DNA from: Phycisphaerae bacterium
GTDB lineage: Bacteria > Planctomycetota > Phycisphaerae > SM23-33
Direction: 5' to 3'
Length of the DNA: 64,000 nucleotides
Assembly: GCA_016782885.1 (NCBI GenBank)
Contig: JADHXQ010000007.1
Location: forward strand, 2,313-66,312
Part shown: in pieces, positions 9,719 to 19,196 of the stretch
How the letters are laid out: each line of letters starts with the position of its first letter
How positions within the stretch are numbered: the first letter of the stretch is position 1
Program-made: the position numbers and the translations under genes
Notes under the pieces: model-generated
What the model was told of the DNA's origin: nothing
Seen by the model: only the letters and a program-made list of their open reading frames with translations
Database searches by the model: none

Positions 9719-11080
9719 ATGATTGCTAAAATGTTGAAACGCCCCATCGCCTTACCCGTCGTTGTGGCGACGGTTGCACTGTGCATATCAACGACACCGG
9801 CCCGTGCGGACGCCGTGGGCGGAACACTCGGCACCATCAGCGCCATCGATACGCTCTGGGTATTGATGGCTGCGTTCTTCGTGTTCTTCATGCAGGCAGG
9901 TTTCGGAATGGTGGAAGCCGGCTTCATCCGTTCGAAGAACACGTGCAACATCCTGACCAAAAACTTCGTGGACTACTGCAGCGCGAGCATAATGTTCTTC
10001 CTGGTCGGATATGCGTTCATGTTCGGCGCGGGTAACGGTTTTATAGGTTGGGACGGATTCGCTCTTGGCGGGGGCGCCGCCGGAGCGGACGGTTCGGCTT
10101 CGGTGGCCGACAACCTTCCGATCTGGGCGTTCTGGTTGTTCCAGGCGGCATTCTGCGGCGCCGCGGCGACGATCGTCGCGGGCGGGATGGCCGGACGAAT
10201 GAAATTCCACGCTTACCTGCTCTACACCGTTGTCATCAGCGGTCTGGTTTACCCGATCGTAGGCCACTGGATATGGGGCGGCGGATGGTTGGCGGGGATG
10301 GGGTTCAAGGACTTCGCCGGTTCGACCGTGGTCCACGCCACCGGCGGTTGCGCGGCGCTCGTGGGCACGATTCTTCTCGGTCCGCGACTGGGCAAGTATC
10401 AGGGCGAAAAGGTCAAAGCGATCCTCGGGCACAGTATTCCTCTGGCATCTCTGGGCGTGTTCATTCTTTGGTTCGGATGGTTCGGTTTCAATCCGGGCAG
10501 CACGCTTGGGATAAGTGGCGAGAATACTAACGCGGCGGCGCTGGTGGCGATTAACACGAATCTTGCAGCCGCCGCCGGCGCGCTGAGCGCAATGGTGACG
10601 ATCTGGATATTCGCCGGTAAGCCTGACCTTGGCATGACGATGAACGGATGCCTTGCCGGTCTGGTTGCGATTACTGCACCGTGTGCATATGTGGATCCCG
10701 CCGCCGCACTGCTTATCGGCGCCATCGGCGGGGTGATCGTGGTTCTCGGTACGCTGCTGCTGGACAGGATCCGGGTGGACGATCCGGTCGGGGCGTTTCC
10801 GGTCCACGGAATGAACGGTATCTGGGGCACGCTTAGCATCGGCCTGTTCGCCACTGACGGCGGTTTGTTCTATGGCGGAGGCGCCGGACTTCTGGGCATC
10901 CAGGCGCTGGGCACGTTTGCGGTAGCGGGGTTTGTAATGGTCTCGATGGGTATCGTCTTTGCAGCCATCAAGTACACCGTCGGTCTGCGGGTGAGCAGGG
11001 AAGCCGAACTCCGCGGGTTGGACATTGGCGAACACGGTATGGAAGCCTACGCGGGATTCCAGATCTTCTCCACAACCTGA
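9719..11080 (+). CDS. amtB: Ammonium transporter
   Basis: [38 protein letters not shown] (twin His present); cleavable N-terminal signal; GGAG RBS. Confidence 0.97.
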   Translation: MIAKMLKRPIALPVVVATVALCISTTPARADAVGGTLGTISAIDTLWVLMAAFFVFFMQAGFGMVEAGFIRSKNTCNILTKNFVDYCSASIMFFLVGYAFMFGAGNGFIGWDGFALGGGAAGADGSASVADNLPIWAFWLFQAAFCGAAATIVAGGMAGRMKFHAYLLYTVVISGLVYPIVGHWIWGGGWLAGMGFKDFAGSTVVHATGGCAALVGTILLGPRLGKYQGEKVKAILGHSIPLASLGVFILWFGWFGFNPGSTLGISGENTNAAALVAINTNLAAAAGALSAMVTIWIFAGKPDLGMTMNGCLAGLVAITAPCAYVDPAAALLIGAIGGVIVVLGTLLLDRIRVDDPVGAFPVHGMNGIWGTLSIGLFATDGGLFYGGGAGLLGIQALGTFAVAGFVMVSMGIVFAAIKYTVGLRVSREAELRGLDIGEHGMEAYAGFQIFSTT

Positions 11081-11125
11081 CTGACGACTCCACAAGCACG
11101 GAAAATTTTAACAGGAGATTCAAGA

Positions 11126-11467
11126 ATGAAACTCGTAATAGCATACATTCAGCCGGAGAAACTTAACGACGTCAAACAGGCGCTCTACGCGGCCGATGTC
11201 TTCAAGATATCCGTAACCAACGCCCTGGGCTGCGGGCAGCAGAAGGGATATCACGAGACCTACAGAGGCGTGGATGTCGAGGTCAACCTTCTGAAGAAGA
11301 CGCGCCTCGAGATCGCCGTAAACGCCGACTTCGTCCAGCCGACGATCGACGCGATCGTCAAAGGCGCCCGGACGGGAAAGATAGGCGACGGGAAGATTCT
11401 CGTACTACCGCTGGAACGCTGCGTACGTATCCGCACCGGCGAAGAAGGCGATGACGCCATCGGATAA
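11126..11467 (+). CDS. glnK: P-II family nitrogen regulator
   Basis: [11 protein letters not shown]-loop, [17 protein letters not shown]; directly behind amtB; AGGAG RBS. Confidence 0.93.
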   Translation: MKLVIAYIQPEKLNDVKQALYAADVFKISVTNALGCGQQKGYHETYRGVDVEVNLLKKTRLEIAVNADFVQPTIDAIVKGARTGKIGDGKILVLPLERCVRIRTGEEGDDAIG

Positions 11468-11519
11468 ACCTAAAGCAATACTTCGCACAAAAACGCTACA
11501 AAACAGGAAGAAAAGCGCC

Positions 11520-12467
11520 GTGAACACAATCAACCGCATTATCGTTCTATTCCTGATCGCCCTTGTTGGAGCAGTTGGATTTTGCTCCTCCGCCCGAGGC
11601 GAAGACGCCGGCGGCGACACCGCCCCTGCCAAAACCTCCGGTTGGACCAAGCCGATACCCATTGGCTTCTACATGGACTACACGGTAGCCACCGACTACA
11701 TCTGGCGAGGGATCAATTTCAGCGAGTACCGCGGAGAAGGGCGCGAGAAGCTCAACCACCAGATGACCGCAGGAGTCAACTACGATACCGGCGCCTTCGG
11801 AAAGATCGATTTCTCGGTCTGGTTCGAGTGGTACGGCGCCAACGACAACATCAGCGGCGTCAATAGCGACGGTAGTCTCCAGGAAGTCGACTACACGATC
11901 GCCTGGACGTACGATCTGTCGAAGATCTGCCCGAAGGTCCCGGTCGAGCTGACGTTCGGATGGATCGGTTACGACTTCCCGCAGTTCAGCGACGATCCGG
12001 GCTTCACCAACGAGTATTTCATCGGCCTGGCGCTGGACGACCAGAAGCTTATGGGCGAAAACTGGTTCGCGCTGAACCCGACGCTTACGTACTACCAGGA
12101 TCTCGACGACGTCGCCTCACTTGGACAGGGCTCATGGCTGGAATTCGGTATCAGTCACGAATTCAAATTGTCCAAATGCCCGAAGATGGGCAAAATACCG
12201 GTCATCAAGGATCTGACGATAACTCCGTCGTTCGCGCTGAGCATGGACATCGGGTACATCGACTCGGGCACGCGTCTAGCCGCCGCGCAGTACGGTCTGG
12301 ATGTCGGGTATGATCTCGGCAAGGCGCTGGGGCTGCCCGAGCAGTACGGCAGTGTCAGCCTCACCGGGTTCCTTAAATACTCTGACGCGGTGGCCGACAA
12401 TTCATCGGGATTCGCCAACCTCAACGATGAGTTCTGGGGCGGATTCAGCGTCGGATGGGAGTGGTAG
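11520..12467 (+). CDS. Putative outer-membrane beta-barrel/porin, TorF/Gcw_chp-like
   Basis: GTG start with signal peptide; TDYIWRGINFS and EVDYTIAWTY motifs; alternating aromatic strands; C-terminal GFSVGWEW. Confidence 0.7.
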   Translation: MNTINRIIVLFLIALVGAVGFCSSARGEDAGGDTAPAKTSGWTKPIPIGFYMDYTVATDYIWRGINFSEYRGEGREKLNHQMTAGVNYDTGAFGKIDFSVWFEWYGANDNISGVNSDGSLQEVDYTIAWTYDLSKICPKVPVELTFGWIGYDFPQFSDDPGFTNEYFIGLALDDQKLMGENWFALNPTLTYYQDLDDVASLGQGSWLEFGISHEFKLSKCPKMGKIPVIKDLTITPSFALSMDIGYIDSGTRLAAAQYGLDVGYDLGKALGLPEQYGSVSLTGFLKYSDAVADNSSGFANLNDEFWGGFSVGWEW

Positions 12468-12580
12468 AACAACACAAGGCACTGCAAAGCTTAGTCTTGG
12501 AGCCCGGGCGCTGCTTCGGTAGTGACGGTCCTATAGGAAAAGAGACTCCTTTCCAATCCAGACACGGATCAGGTTTTTCC

Positions 12581-12599
12581 GGCCTCCGAGGGCCTTTTT
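12581..12599 (+). terminator. Possible intrinsic terminator after the amtB operon
   Basis: GGCCT-CCGA-GGGCC stem (one G.U pair) followed by TTTTT; short stem. Confidence 0.4.
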
Positions 12600-12603
12600 A
12601 TCC

Positions 12604-12645
12604 TACATAAATGTCTCATTATTACAATTTCGCGACAGCTCTGTA
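12604..12645. promoter_or_regulatory. Paired upstream activator boxes (ACA-N4-TGT x2, 30 bp apart) for the gltB promoter
   Basis: TACATAAATGTC (12604-12615) and GACAGCTCTGTA (12634-12645). Confidence 0.72.
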
Positions 12646-12721
12646 GCTTCCTGTGGCCTCCAGTAAATCTCCATAGGCACATATCTCCTGTTTCTGCAAT
12701 CAGTTAGAGAGACGAGGCAAT

Positions 12722-12738
12722 CTGGCACACATTGTGCT
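12722..12738 (+). promoter_or_regulatory. Sigma54 (-24/-12) promoter of gltBD
   Basis: CTGGCACACATTGTGCT, GG-N10-GC; IHF-like CAATCAGTTA at 12697-12706. Confidence 0.85.
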
Positions 12739-12939
12739 TTAATAATCACAGCTATTCGTGCCTGGATCGCGAAGCGCAAAAGGCGTTCTAAACGTACCGC
12801 CTGCTGTCTTGAAGGGCAAGGAGTCTAATTATGCCATATGATTACTTCATCATCCCGCGTAAATTCCACCCGGAAATGCGCTATAATTACCACAGCAGTC
12901 CACGGAGCAAATGACTATCGAAGGTCCGCACCAGGAAAA

Positions 12940-15900
12940 ATGACCTGCAACCCGCACAAACCACAGGGGCTCCCTCAAGGCCTGTACCGTCCGGAATACG
13001 AGCATGACGCCTGCGGTATGGGCGCCGTGGTAAGCATTAATGGAACACGCAGCCACAATATTCTCGATCTGGGCAACCAGGTATTGTTGAATCTTCAGCA
13101 TCGCGGCGCGTCGGGCAGCGATGGGGTCACCGGTGACGGTGCGGGCATACTCTTGCAGATCCCCCACCGTTTCTTCAAAACCGAGACCGCCAAACACGGT
13201 GTCGATCTCCCGGCGCGGGGAACGTACGGTGTGGCGATGCTGTTTGCACCCAAGGATCAGGCCCTCCGCAAACGATGCCACGAATTGTTCCGCCAGGCAG
13301 TCGCTCATTACGGGTTGGTGGTGCTGGGCCAACGCGATGTACCCGGGGACACCTCGGGGCTGGGGGATATCGCCAGAGCGTCCGAGCCTTTCATTTATCA
13401 GGTATTTCTTGGCGCGGGCGGGCAGGAAGCCCAACCGCTGGAACGGGCGCTATACATGGCCCGGAAACGTGCCGAGCGGCTCATCAGCCAAACCCTGGGC
13501 GACGAGGCGGTCGATTTCTACATTTGTTCCATGTCAAGCCGCACGATCTGCTACAAGGGCATGTTCCTTGCGCCGCAGTTGTTCGGATATTATCCGGATC
13601 TGTCGAACCGGGAGACCGAATCGTCCCTGGCGATGGTGCACCAGCGTTACAGCACCAACACGTTCCCGAAGTGGAAACTGGCCCAACCGTTCCGGATGAT
13701 CGCCCACAATGGCGAGATCAACACGCTCAGCGGTAACGCCAACCGAATGCACTCTCGCGAAGGCCTCCTGGACTGCGAATCGCTCGGTAGCGACCTGACC
13801 GACCTGATACCGATCCTGACTCCCGGAACCAGCGACAGCGCCCAGTTTGACAACGCGGTGGAACTGCTCGTCCGGGCCGGACGGTCGCTGCCGCACGCGA
13901 TGATGATGATGATTCCCGAGGCGTTTGGGCCAGGCTATCACATCAGCACTGACAAGCGGGCGTTCTACGAGTATCACGCGGCGATCATGGAGCCCTGGGA
14001 CGGTCCGGCCGCGATGGCATTCACGGACGGAAGCATAGTTGGCGGAATGCTGGACCGCAACGGGCTCCGTCCGGGCAGATATATTGTAACCACCGACGAT
14101 CTGGTGGTCCTGGCCAGTGAGGTCGGAGTGGTTGACTTCCCGCCCAAACGGATCAGAGCCAAGGGACGCCTGCGACCGGGGCGCATGTTCCTCGTCGACA
14201 CCAAAGCCGGTCGCATAATCCTCGATAACGAGATCAAGGGGCGTATCGCACGACAGAAACCGTACCGAAGGTGGCTTGCGGAAAACCGTATCGAACTGCG
14301 AGGATTGTTCGCCACCACCAAGGTCCAACCGCCGGATCCCTCGGTCTTGCACAAGCAGATGCGGACTTTTGGATACACGCGTGAAGTACAGCGACTGATT
14401 CTCATTCCGATGGCGGTCGATGCCCAGGAAGCCGTGGGCTCCATGGGCACTGACACGCCTCTGGCGGTGCTGTCGGACCGGCCAAAGCTGCTGTTCGAGT
14501 ACTTCAAGCAGCTCTTCGCCCAGGTCACCAATCCTCCTATCGACCCGTTGCGAGAGGGGCTCGTGATGTCGTTAACGAGCTTTGTCGGAGAGCAACAGAA
14601 CCTTCTTGCCGAGAGCCCCGAGCATTGCCGCATGCTCAAGTTGCCTCATCCCATTTTGACTAACGAAGACATGACTCTTCTCAAAGCGGCCAGGAGAGAT
14701 GACCTTGCGGTCGCATCTCTCGACGCCCTGTTCGACGCCGCCGGCGACAATCCCGGCGAGGCGCTGCGGCAGGGAATCGAACAACTGATCGCCAAATGCG
14801 TCAAGGCCGTTGATGACGGCGCATCCCTGATCGTGATATCAGACCGTAACTTCACCAGCGATCTGGCGCCAATCCCCATCCTGCTGGCAACGTCAGCGGT
14901 GCAACATGCACTTGGGAAGCGTAAACTGCGAGGGCGGGCGGGACTCATCATCGAAACCGGTGAAGCTCGTGAAGTCATGCACTTCTGCCTGTTGTGCGGT
15001 TACGGCGCCAACGCGGTTAATCCGTATCTGGCTTTTGACGCTCTCAATGAGTTATCCGAACTGGGCGAAATTCCCGAACACATCGACCCCGAGCAGATAG
15101 TCGACAACTACATATCCGCCGTCAAGAAAGGCATCCTCAAGACAATGTCCAAGATGGGCATCTCCACGCTGCGGAGCTACCAGGGCGCCCAGTTGTTTGA
15201 GGCAATCGGAATCAACCGAAGCGTGATCGACGCTTACTTCTCCGGCACGCCGTCGCGGATACAGGGCGTGGATATCGACACGATCGCTCGGGAAGCGTTA
15301 ATGAGGCACGAGGAAGCTCACGCCGATCCGATCCCGGGCGAGTTGCCTCTCGAGTACGGCGGGGAATACAGTTATCGCGTTGACGGCGAGGAGCATCTCT
15401 GGAATCCGGAAACGGTCTCGCTGCTCCAGCACGCCGTGCGCGCCGGCGACACGGAAACATACGAGAAGTACGCCGCACTCATCAACGATCAATCCAAAAA
15501 ACTGTTCACGCTGCGAGGCCTCTTTGAATTTGCGCCTGGCGAGCCCGTGGCGATAGACGAAGTCGAACCGGCAGAGGAAATCGTCAAGCGGTTCTGCACG
15601 GGCGCAATGTCGCACGGTTCGATCAGCAAGGAAACCCACGAAACGATGGCCCTGGCGATGAATCGCCTCGGCGCGATGAGCAATACCGGCGAGGGAGGAG
15701 AAGACCCTGCGCGTTACGCCCCGACCGGTAACGGCGATTCGCTCAACAGCGCGATCAAGCAAGTGGCCAGCGCGCGGTTCGGGGTGACAATCGAGTACCT
15801 TTCCCAGGCGAAGATGCTGCAGATCAAGATGGCCCAGGGCGCCAAGCCCGGTGAAGGCGGACAGTTGCCCGGATACAAGGTAACCGAAGATATCGCCCGC

Positions 15901-17511
15901 CTGCGGCACGCCACTGGGGGCGTGACACTGATATCCCCGCCTCCTCACCACGACATTTACTCCATCGAGGACCTGGCCCAACTGATCTACGACCTGAAAT
16001 GCGCCAACGGGGAAGCCCGGATCTCGGTAAAACTGGTCAGTGAAGCCGGCGTGGGCACGGTCGCGGCGGGAGTGGCAAAGGGAAACGCCGATGAAGTGCT
16101 CATCTCCGGACACGACGGCGGTACGGGCGCCAGTCCCCTGTCGTCAATCAAACACGCGGGCGGTCCGTGGGAACTGGGCCTTGCCGAAACGCAGCAGACT
16201 CTGGTTCGCAACGGTCTGCGGGATCGAATCTGCCTGCAGGCGGACGGACAGATGAAAACCGGGCGCGACGTCGTTGTCGCCGCCCTGCTCGGCGCCGAGC
16301 GATTCGGTTTTGGCACGGCACCGCTGGTATCGCTGGGATGCTGCCTCATGCGAAAATGCCACCTGGGCACCTGCCCTGTTGGAATCGCCGCACAAGACCC
16401 GGAACTCAGAAAACAGTTCACCGGAAAGAGCGAACACCTTCAAAACTTCATGATGTTCGTGGCCAACGAGGTTCGCGCCATCATGTCCGCGCTGGGCTTC
16501 CGCAAGTTTGAAGATATGGTCGGACAGACCGGCATCCTCCAACGTCGAAAAGCAATCGATCACTGGAAAGCTCGCGGTCTGGATCTGTCGGCGATCCTCT
16601 ACAGCACCGCCGCTACTAGTGGAAGCCCCGCCCGCCAGGTTCGAAACCAGGATGACATGCTGGCGTCGCATCTTGACCGACAGATCCTTGAGGCTGTCGG
16701 CAATAGTATCCAGACCCGCCAGAAAATATCCCTGGAGATCCCGATTAAGAACAGGGATCGTGCGGTGGGCGCCATTCTGAGCAATAGGATTGCCCGAGCC
16801 CACGGGTCGGAGGGCCTGGAAGACGGGACAATTAACGTCACGCTGAATGGTTCGGCGGGGCAGAGTTTCGGGGCGTTTCTGGCCCCGGGCGTGACGTTCA
16901 ACCTGGTTGGCGACAGCAACGATTATCTGGGCAAGGGACTCTCGGGCGGACGGATCGTGGTTCGGACACCTCCATCAGCCCCCTTCCCGCCGCACGAGAA
17001 CGTTATCACCGGTAATGTTGTGCTTTACGGCGCGACGGCGGGCGAGGTGTTCATCAACGGCCTGGCCGGTGAGCGGTTCGCCGTCCGCAACAGCGGAGCG
17101 GTGGCGGTTGTTGAAGGCATCGGCGACCATGGTTGCGAGTACATGACCGGCGGAGTCGTGGTCGTGCTCGGGCAAACCGGGCGAAACTTCGCCGCGGGAA
17201 TGAGCGGAGGGATTGCCTATGTCCTCGACGAGCATCAGCTCTTCGACACGCTGTGCAATCTGGATCTGGTGGATATCGAACCAATCCTGGACCCTGCCGA
17301 TACCGACCGATTGCATGCGCTAATCGCACGCCATCACGAATGGACGGGCAGCCTTCGGGCAAAAGGAATCCTGGATCGATGGCGCGACATGCTGGGCAAA
17401 TTCGTGAAAGTGGTGCCAATCGACTATCGACGGGCTATCCAGCGGATGAGAGATCGTGAAGAGAGGCAGGCTGACAGCACTCCGGCCACCGAGGAGGTGT
17501 TCCGTGGGTAA
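12940..17511 (+). CDS. gltB: Glutamate synthase large subunit
   Basis: GLYRPEYEHDA/CG processing site, HQRYSTNTFP, EPWDGPA, IKMAQGAKPGEGGQLPG, CCLMRKCHLGTCPVG, GXGXG domain. Start set at MTCNPH behind AGGA. Confidence 0.97.
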   Translation: MTCNPHKPQGLPQGLYRPEYEHDACGMGAVVSINGTRSHNILDLGNQVLLNLQHRGASGSDGVTGDGAGILLQIPHRFFKTETAKHGVDLPARGTYGVAMLFAPKDQALRKRCHELFRQAVAHYGLVVLGQRDVPGDTSGLGDIARASEPFIYQVFLGAGGQEAQPLERALYMARKRAERLISQTLGDEAVDFYICSMSSRTICYKGMFLAPQLFGYYPDLSNRETESSLAMVHQRYSTNTFPKWKLAQPFRMIAHNGEINTLSGNANRMHSREGLLDCESLGSDLTDLIPILTPGTSDSAQFDNAVELLVRAGRSLPHAMMMMIPEAFGPGYHISTDKRAFYEYHAAIMEPWDGPAAMAFTDGSIVGGMLDRNGLRPGRYIVTTDDLVVLASEVGVVDFPPKRIRAKGRLRPGRMFLVDTKAGRIILDNEIKGRIARQKPYRRWLAENRIELRGLFATTKVQPPDPSVLHKQMRTFGYTREVQRLILIPMAVDAQEAVGSMGTDTPLAVLSDRPKLLFEYFKQLFAQVTNPPIDPLREGLVMSLTSFVGEQQNLLAESPEHCRMLKLPHPILTNEDMTLLKAARRDDLAVASLDALFDAAGDNPGEALRQGIEQLIAKCVKAVDDGASLIVISDRNFTSDLAPIPILLATSAVQHALGKRKLRGRAGLIIETGEAREVMHFCLLCGYGANAVNPYLAFDALNELSELGEIPEHIDPEQIVDNYISAVKKGILKTMSKMGISTLRSYQGAQLFEAIGINRSVIDAYFSGTPSRIQGVDIDTIAREALMRHEEAHADPIPGELPLEYGGEYSYRVDGEEHLWNPETVSLLQHAVRAGDTETYEKYAALINDQSKKLFTLRGLFEFAPGEPVAIDEVEPAEEIVKRFCTGAMSHGSISKETHETMALAMNRLGAMSNTGEGGEDPARYAPTGNGDSLNSAIKQVASARFGVTIEYLSQAKMLQIKMAQGAKPGEGGQLPGYKVTEDIARLRHATGGVTLISPPPHHDIYSIEDLAQLIYDLKCANGEARISVKLVSEAGVGTVAAGVAKGNADEVLISGHDGGTGASPLSSIKHAGGPWELGLAETQQTLVRNGLRDRICLQADGQMKTGRDVVVAALLGAERFGFGTAPLVSLGCCLMRKCHLGTCPVGIAAQDPELRKQFTGKSEHLQNFMMFVANEVRAIMSALGFRKFEDMVGQTGILQRRKAIDHWKARGLDLSAILYSTAATSGSPARQVRNQDDMLASHLDRQILEAVGNSIQTRQKISLEIPIKNRDRAVGAILSNRIARAHGSEGLEDGTINVTLNGSAGQSFGAFLAPGVTFNLVGDSNDYLGKGLSGGRIVVRTPPSAPFPPHENVITGNVVLYGATAGEVFINGLAGERFAVRNSGAVAVVEGIGDHGCEYMTGGVVVVLGQTGRNFAAGMSGGIAYVLDEHQLFDTLCNLDLVDIEPILDPADTDRLHALIARHHEWTGSLRAKGILDRWRDMLGKFVKVVPIDYRRAIQRMRDREERQADSTPATEEVFRG

Positions 17512-18928
17512 ACCGACCGGATTCATGGAATATCATCGCATCGAGGCGCCTCGTCGCCGGGTCGATGAAAGGGTCGGCGACTACCGCGAGATCAATCTGC
17601 CGCTATCGGCGGAAGCCATTAATCAACAATCGGCACGCTGCATGGACTGCGGAATTCCATTCTGCCACGGGTTCGGTTGCCCACTGGCCAATCGTATCCC
17701 CGAGTTCAATGATCTGGTATATCAGGACCGATGGCGCCAGGCATGTGAGATGCTCCATGCGACCAATAACTTCCCGGAGATTACCGGACGTCTGTGCCCG
17801 GCGCCGTGCGAGGCGGCATGTACGCTGAATATCAACAACAAACCGGTCTCAATCAAGCAGATCGAACTTGAAATCGTCGAACGTGGATTCTCCGCCGGAT
17901 GGATCGGGCCCCTTATCCCAGAGAAGAAGACCGGCAAGCGGGCGGCCGTTGTCGGATCGGGCCCGGCGGGTCTCGCCGCCGCACAGCAACTCGCACGCGC
18001 CGGACATGACGTGGTCGTCTTCGAGAAGGATCGCCGGATCGGCGGATTGCTGAGATACGGAATCCCCGACTTCAAACTCGAAAAGAGAATCATCGACCGC
18101 CGCCTCGAACAGATGCGGGCGGAAGGCGTGGAGTTCCAGACCGGCGTTATCGTCGGAAAGGACCTTTCGCTGAAGTACCTCCGCCAGCGGTTCGACGCAA
18201 TCTGCCTGACGATCGGAGCCGGCAGGCCGCGCGACCTGGGCGTTCCCGGGCGGGGACTTGAGAATATCCATTTCGCCATGGAATACCTCGCCCAGCAGAA
18301 TCGCGTTAATTCAGGCGAAGACCTCGGCAGCGACAAGCAGATCACCGCCAGGGACAAGATCGTAGTCGTCATAGGCGGTGGAGACACCGGAAGCGATTGC
18401 GTGGGCACGGCCATTCGCCAGGGCGCGAGCGAAGTTCACCAGTTCGAGATCCTTCCCAGGCCTCCCGAAGGTCAGGATCCGAAAGCGCCCTGGCCTCTGT
18501 GGCCGAAAATCCTGCGGACCTCGACTTCTCACCAGGAGGGCTGCCTGCGCCGTTGGGGCGTCCTGACCAAGAGATTCATGGGCGCCGGAGAGCGGGTCAG
18601 CCAGTTGCGCGGTTGCGATGTAACGTGGACCGAGACCAAAGGCAAGTGGAAGATGAGCGAAGCGGCAGGGACAGAGTTCCAAATGGATGTGGATCTGGTG
18701 CTGCTGGCAATGGGGTTCCTGCACGTGGTTCGAGACGGTCTGGTCGAAAGCTTCGCCCTGAAATGCGATCCGACAGGCAATCTCATGGTGGACGAAGATT
18801 ACCGGACTTCCGAACCCGGTATATTCGCGGCGGGAGACTCAGTGGTCGGCGCGTCGCTGATCGTTCGCGTCATCGCAGCCGGCAGGGCTACAGCAGCGTC
18901 CATAAACCGTTACCTGCAAAACTCTTAG
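17504..18928 (+). CDS. gltD: Glutamate synthase small subunit
   Basis: GTG start (GKPTGFMEY) overlapping the gltB stop, GAGGAGG RBS; RCMDCGIPFCH, GSGPAG, GGGDTGSDC. Confidence 0.97.
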   Translation: MGKPTGFMEYHRIEAPRRRVDERVGDYREINLPLSAEAINQQSARCMDCGIPFCHGFGCPLANRIPEFNDLVYQDRWRQACEMLHATNNFPEITGRLCPAPCEAACTLNINNKPVSIKQIELEIVERGFSAGWIGPLIPEKKTGKRAAVVGSGPAGLAAAQQLARAGHDVVVFEKDRRIGGLLRYGIPDFKLEKRIIDRRLEQMRAEGVEFQTGVIVGKDLSLKYLRQRFDAICLTIGAGRPRDLGVPGRGLENIHFAMEYLAQQNRVNSGEDLGSDKQITARDKIVVVIGGGDTGSDCVGTAIRQGASEVHQFEILPRPPEGQDPKAPWPLWPKILRTSTSHQEGCLRRWGVLTKRFMGAGERVSQLRGCDVTWTETKGKWKMSEAAGTEFQMDVDLVLLAMGFLHVVRDGLVESFALKCDPTGNLMVDEDYRTSEPGIFAAGDSVVGASLIVRVIAAGRATAASINRYLQNS

Positions 18929-19022
18929 TCATAGCCCCCCTCAATAATGGTATGGCAGAGGGCCGGCATCGATTTCATCTTCCAGACGTCGAGTGATTTC
19001 AGCTTGCTTTCCGGGAATCATG

Positions 19023-19186
19023 CTACCTGGCGGCCTGGAGCGCCTCGATGATTCCCTTGCTGACATATTGAGCGATCAGGTCGTTGCCCGCCAGTACAGT
19101 CGGCACGCGCCCGCCATTGAACCCGTGCTTGAAGAGCTTGACCTTGAGCCCCCTGGTCTTGTGCTCATCGCCAGCGCCTTTTTCAT
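19023..19186 (-). pseudogene. Gene remnant: RBS plus start fused out of frame to a coding-like C-terminus
   Basis: AAGGA..ATG AAA AAG GCG CTG, then in another frame GDEHKTRGLKVKLFKHGFNGGRVPTVLAGNDLIAQYVSKGIIEALQAAR* with host-like GC3 codons; 164 nt total. Confidence 0.45.
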
Positions 19187-19196
19187 CACAGATCCT

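Noticed and set aside
9475..9960. 162-aa N-terminal extension of the activator ORF in the track
   Set aside because: It overlaps amtB and the promoter region on the opposite strand; the RBS and GAF homology support the start at 9474.
12775..12788. ANTAR-like hairpin GCAAAAGGCGT in the gltB leader
   Set aside because: The loop is not a C-G-closed hexaloop and no second hairpin is evident.
12838..12939. Longer gltB start given in the ORF track
   Set aside because: Extension looks non-homologous; the 12940 start has an RBS and gives a normal propeptide length.
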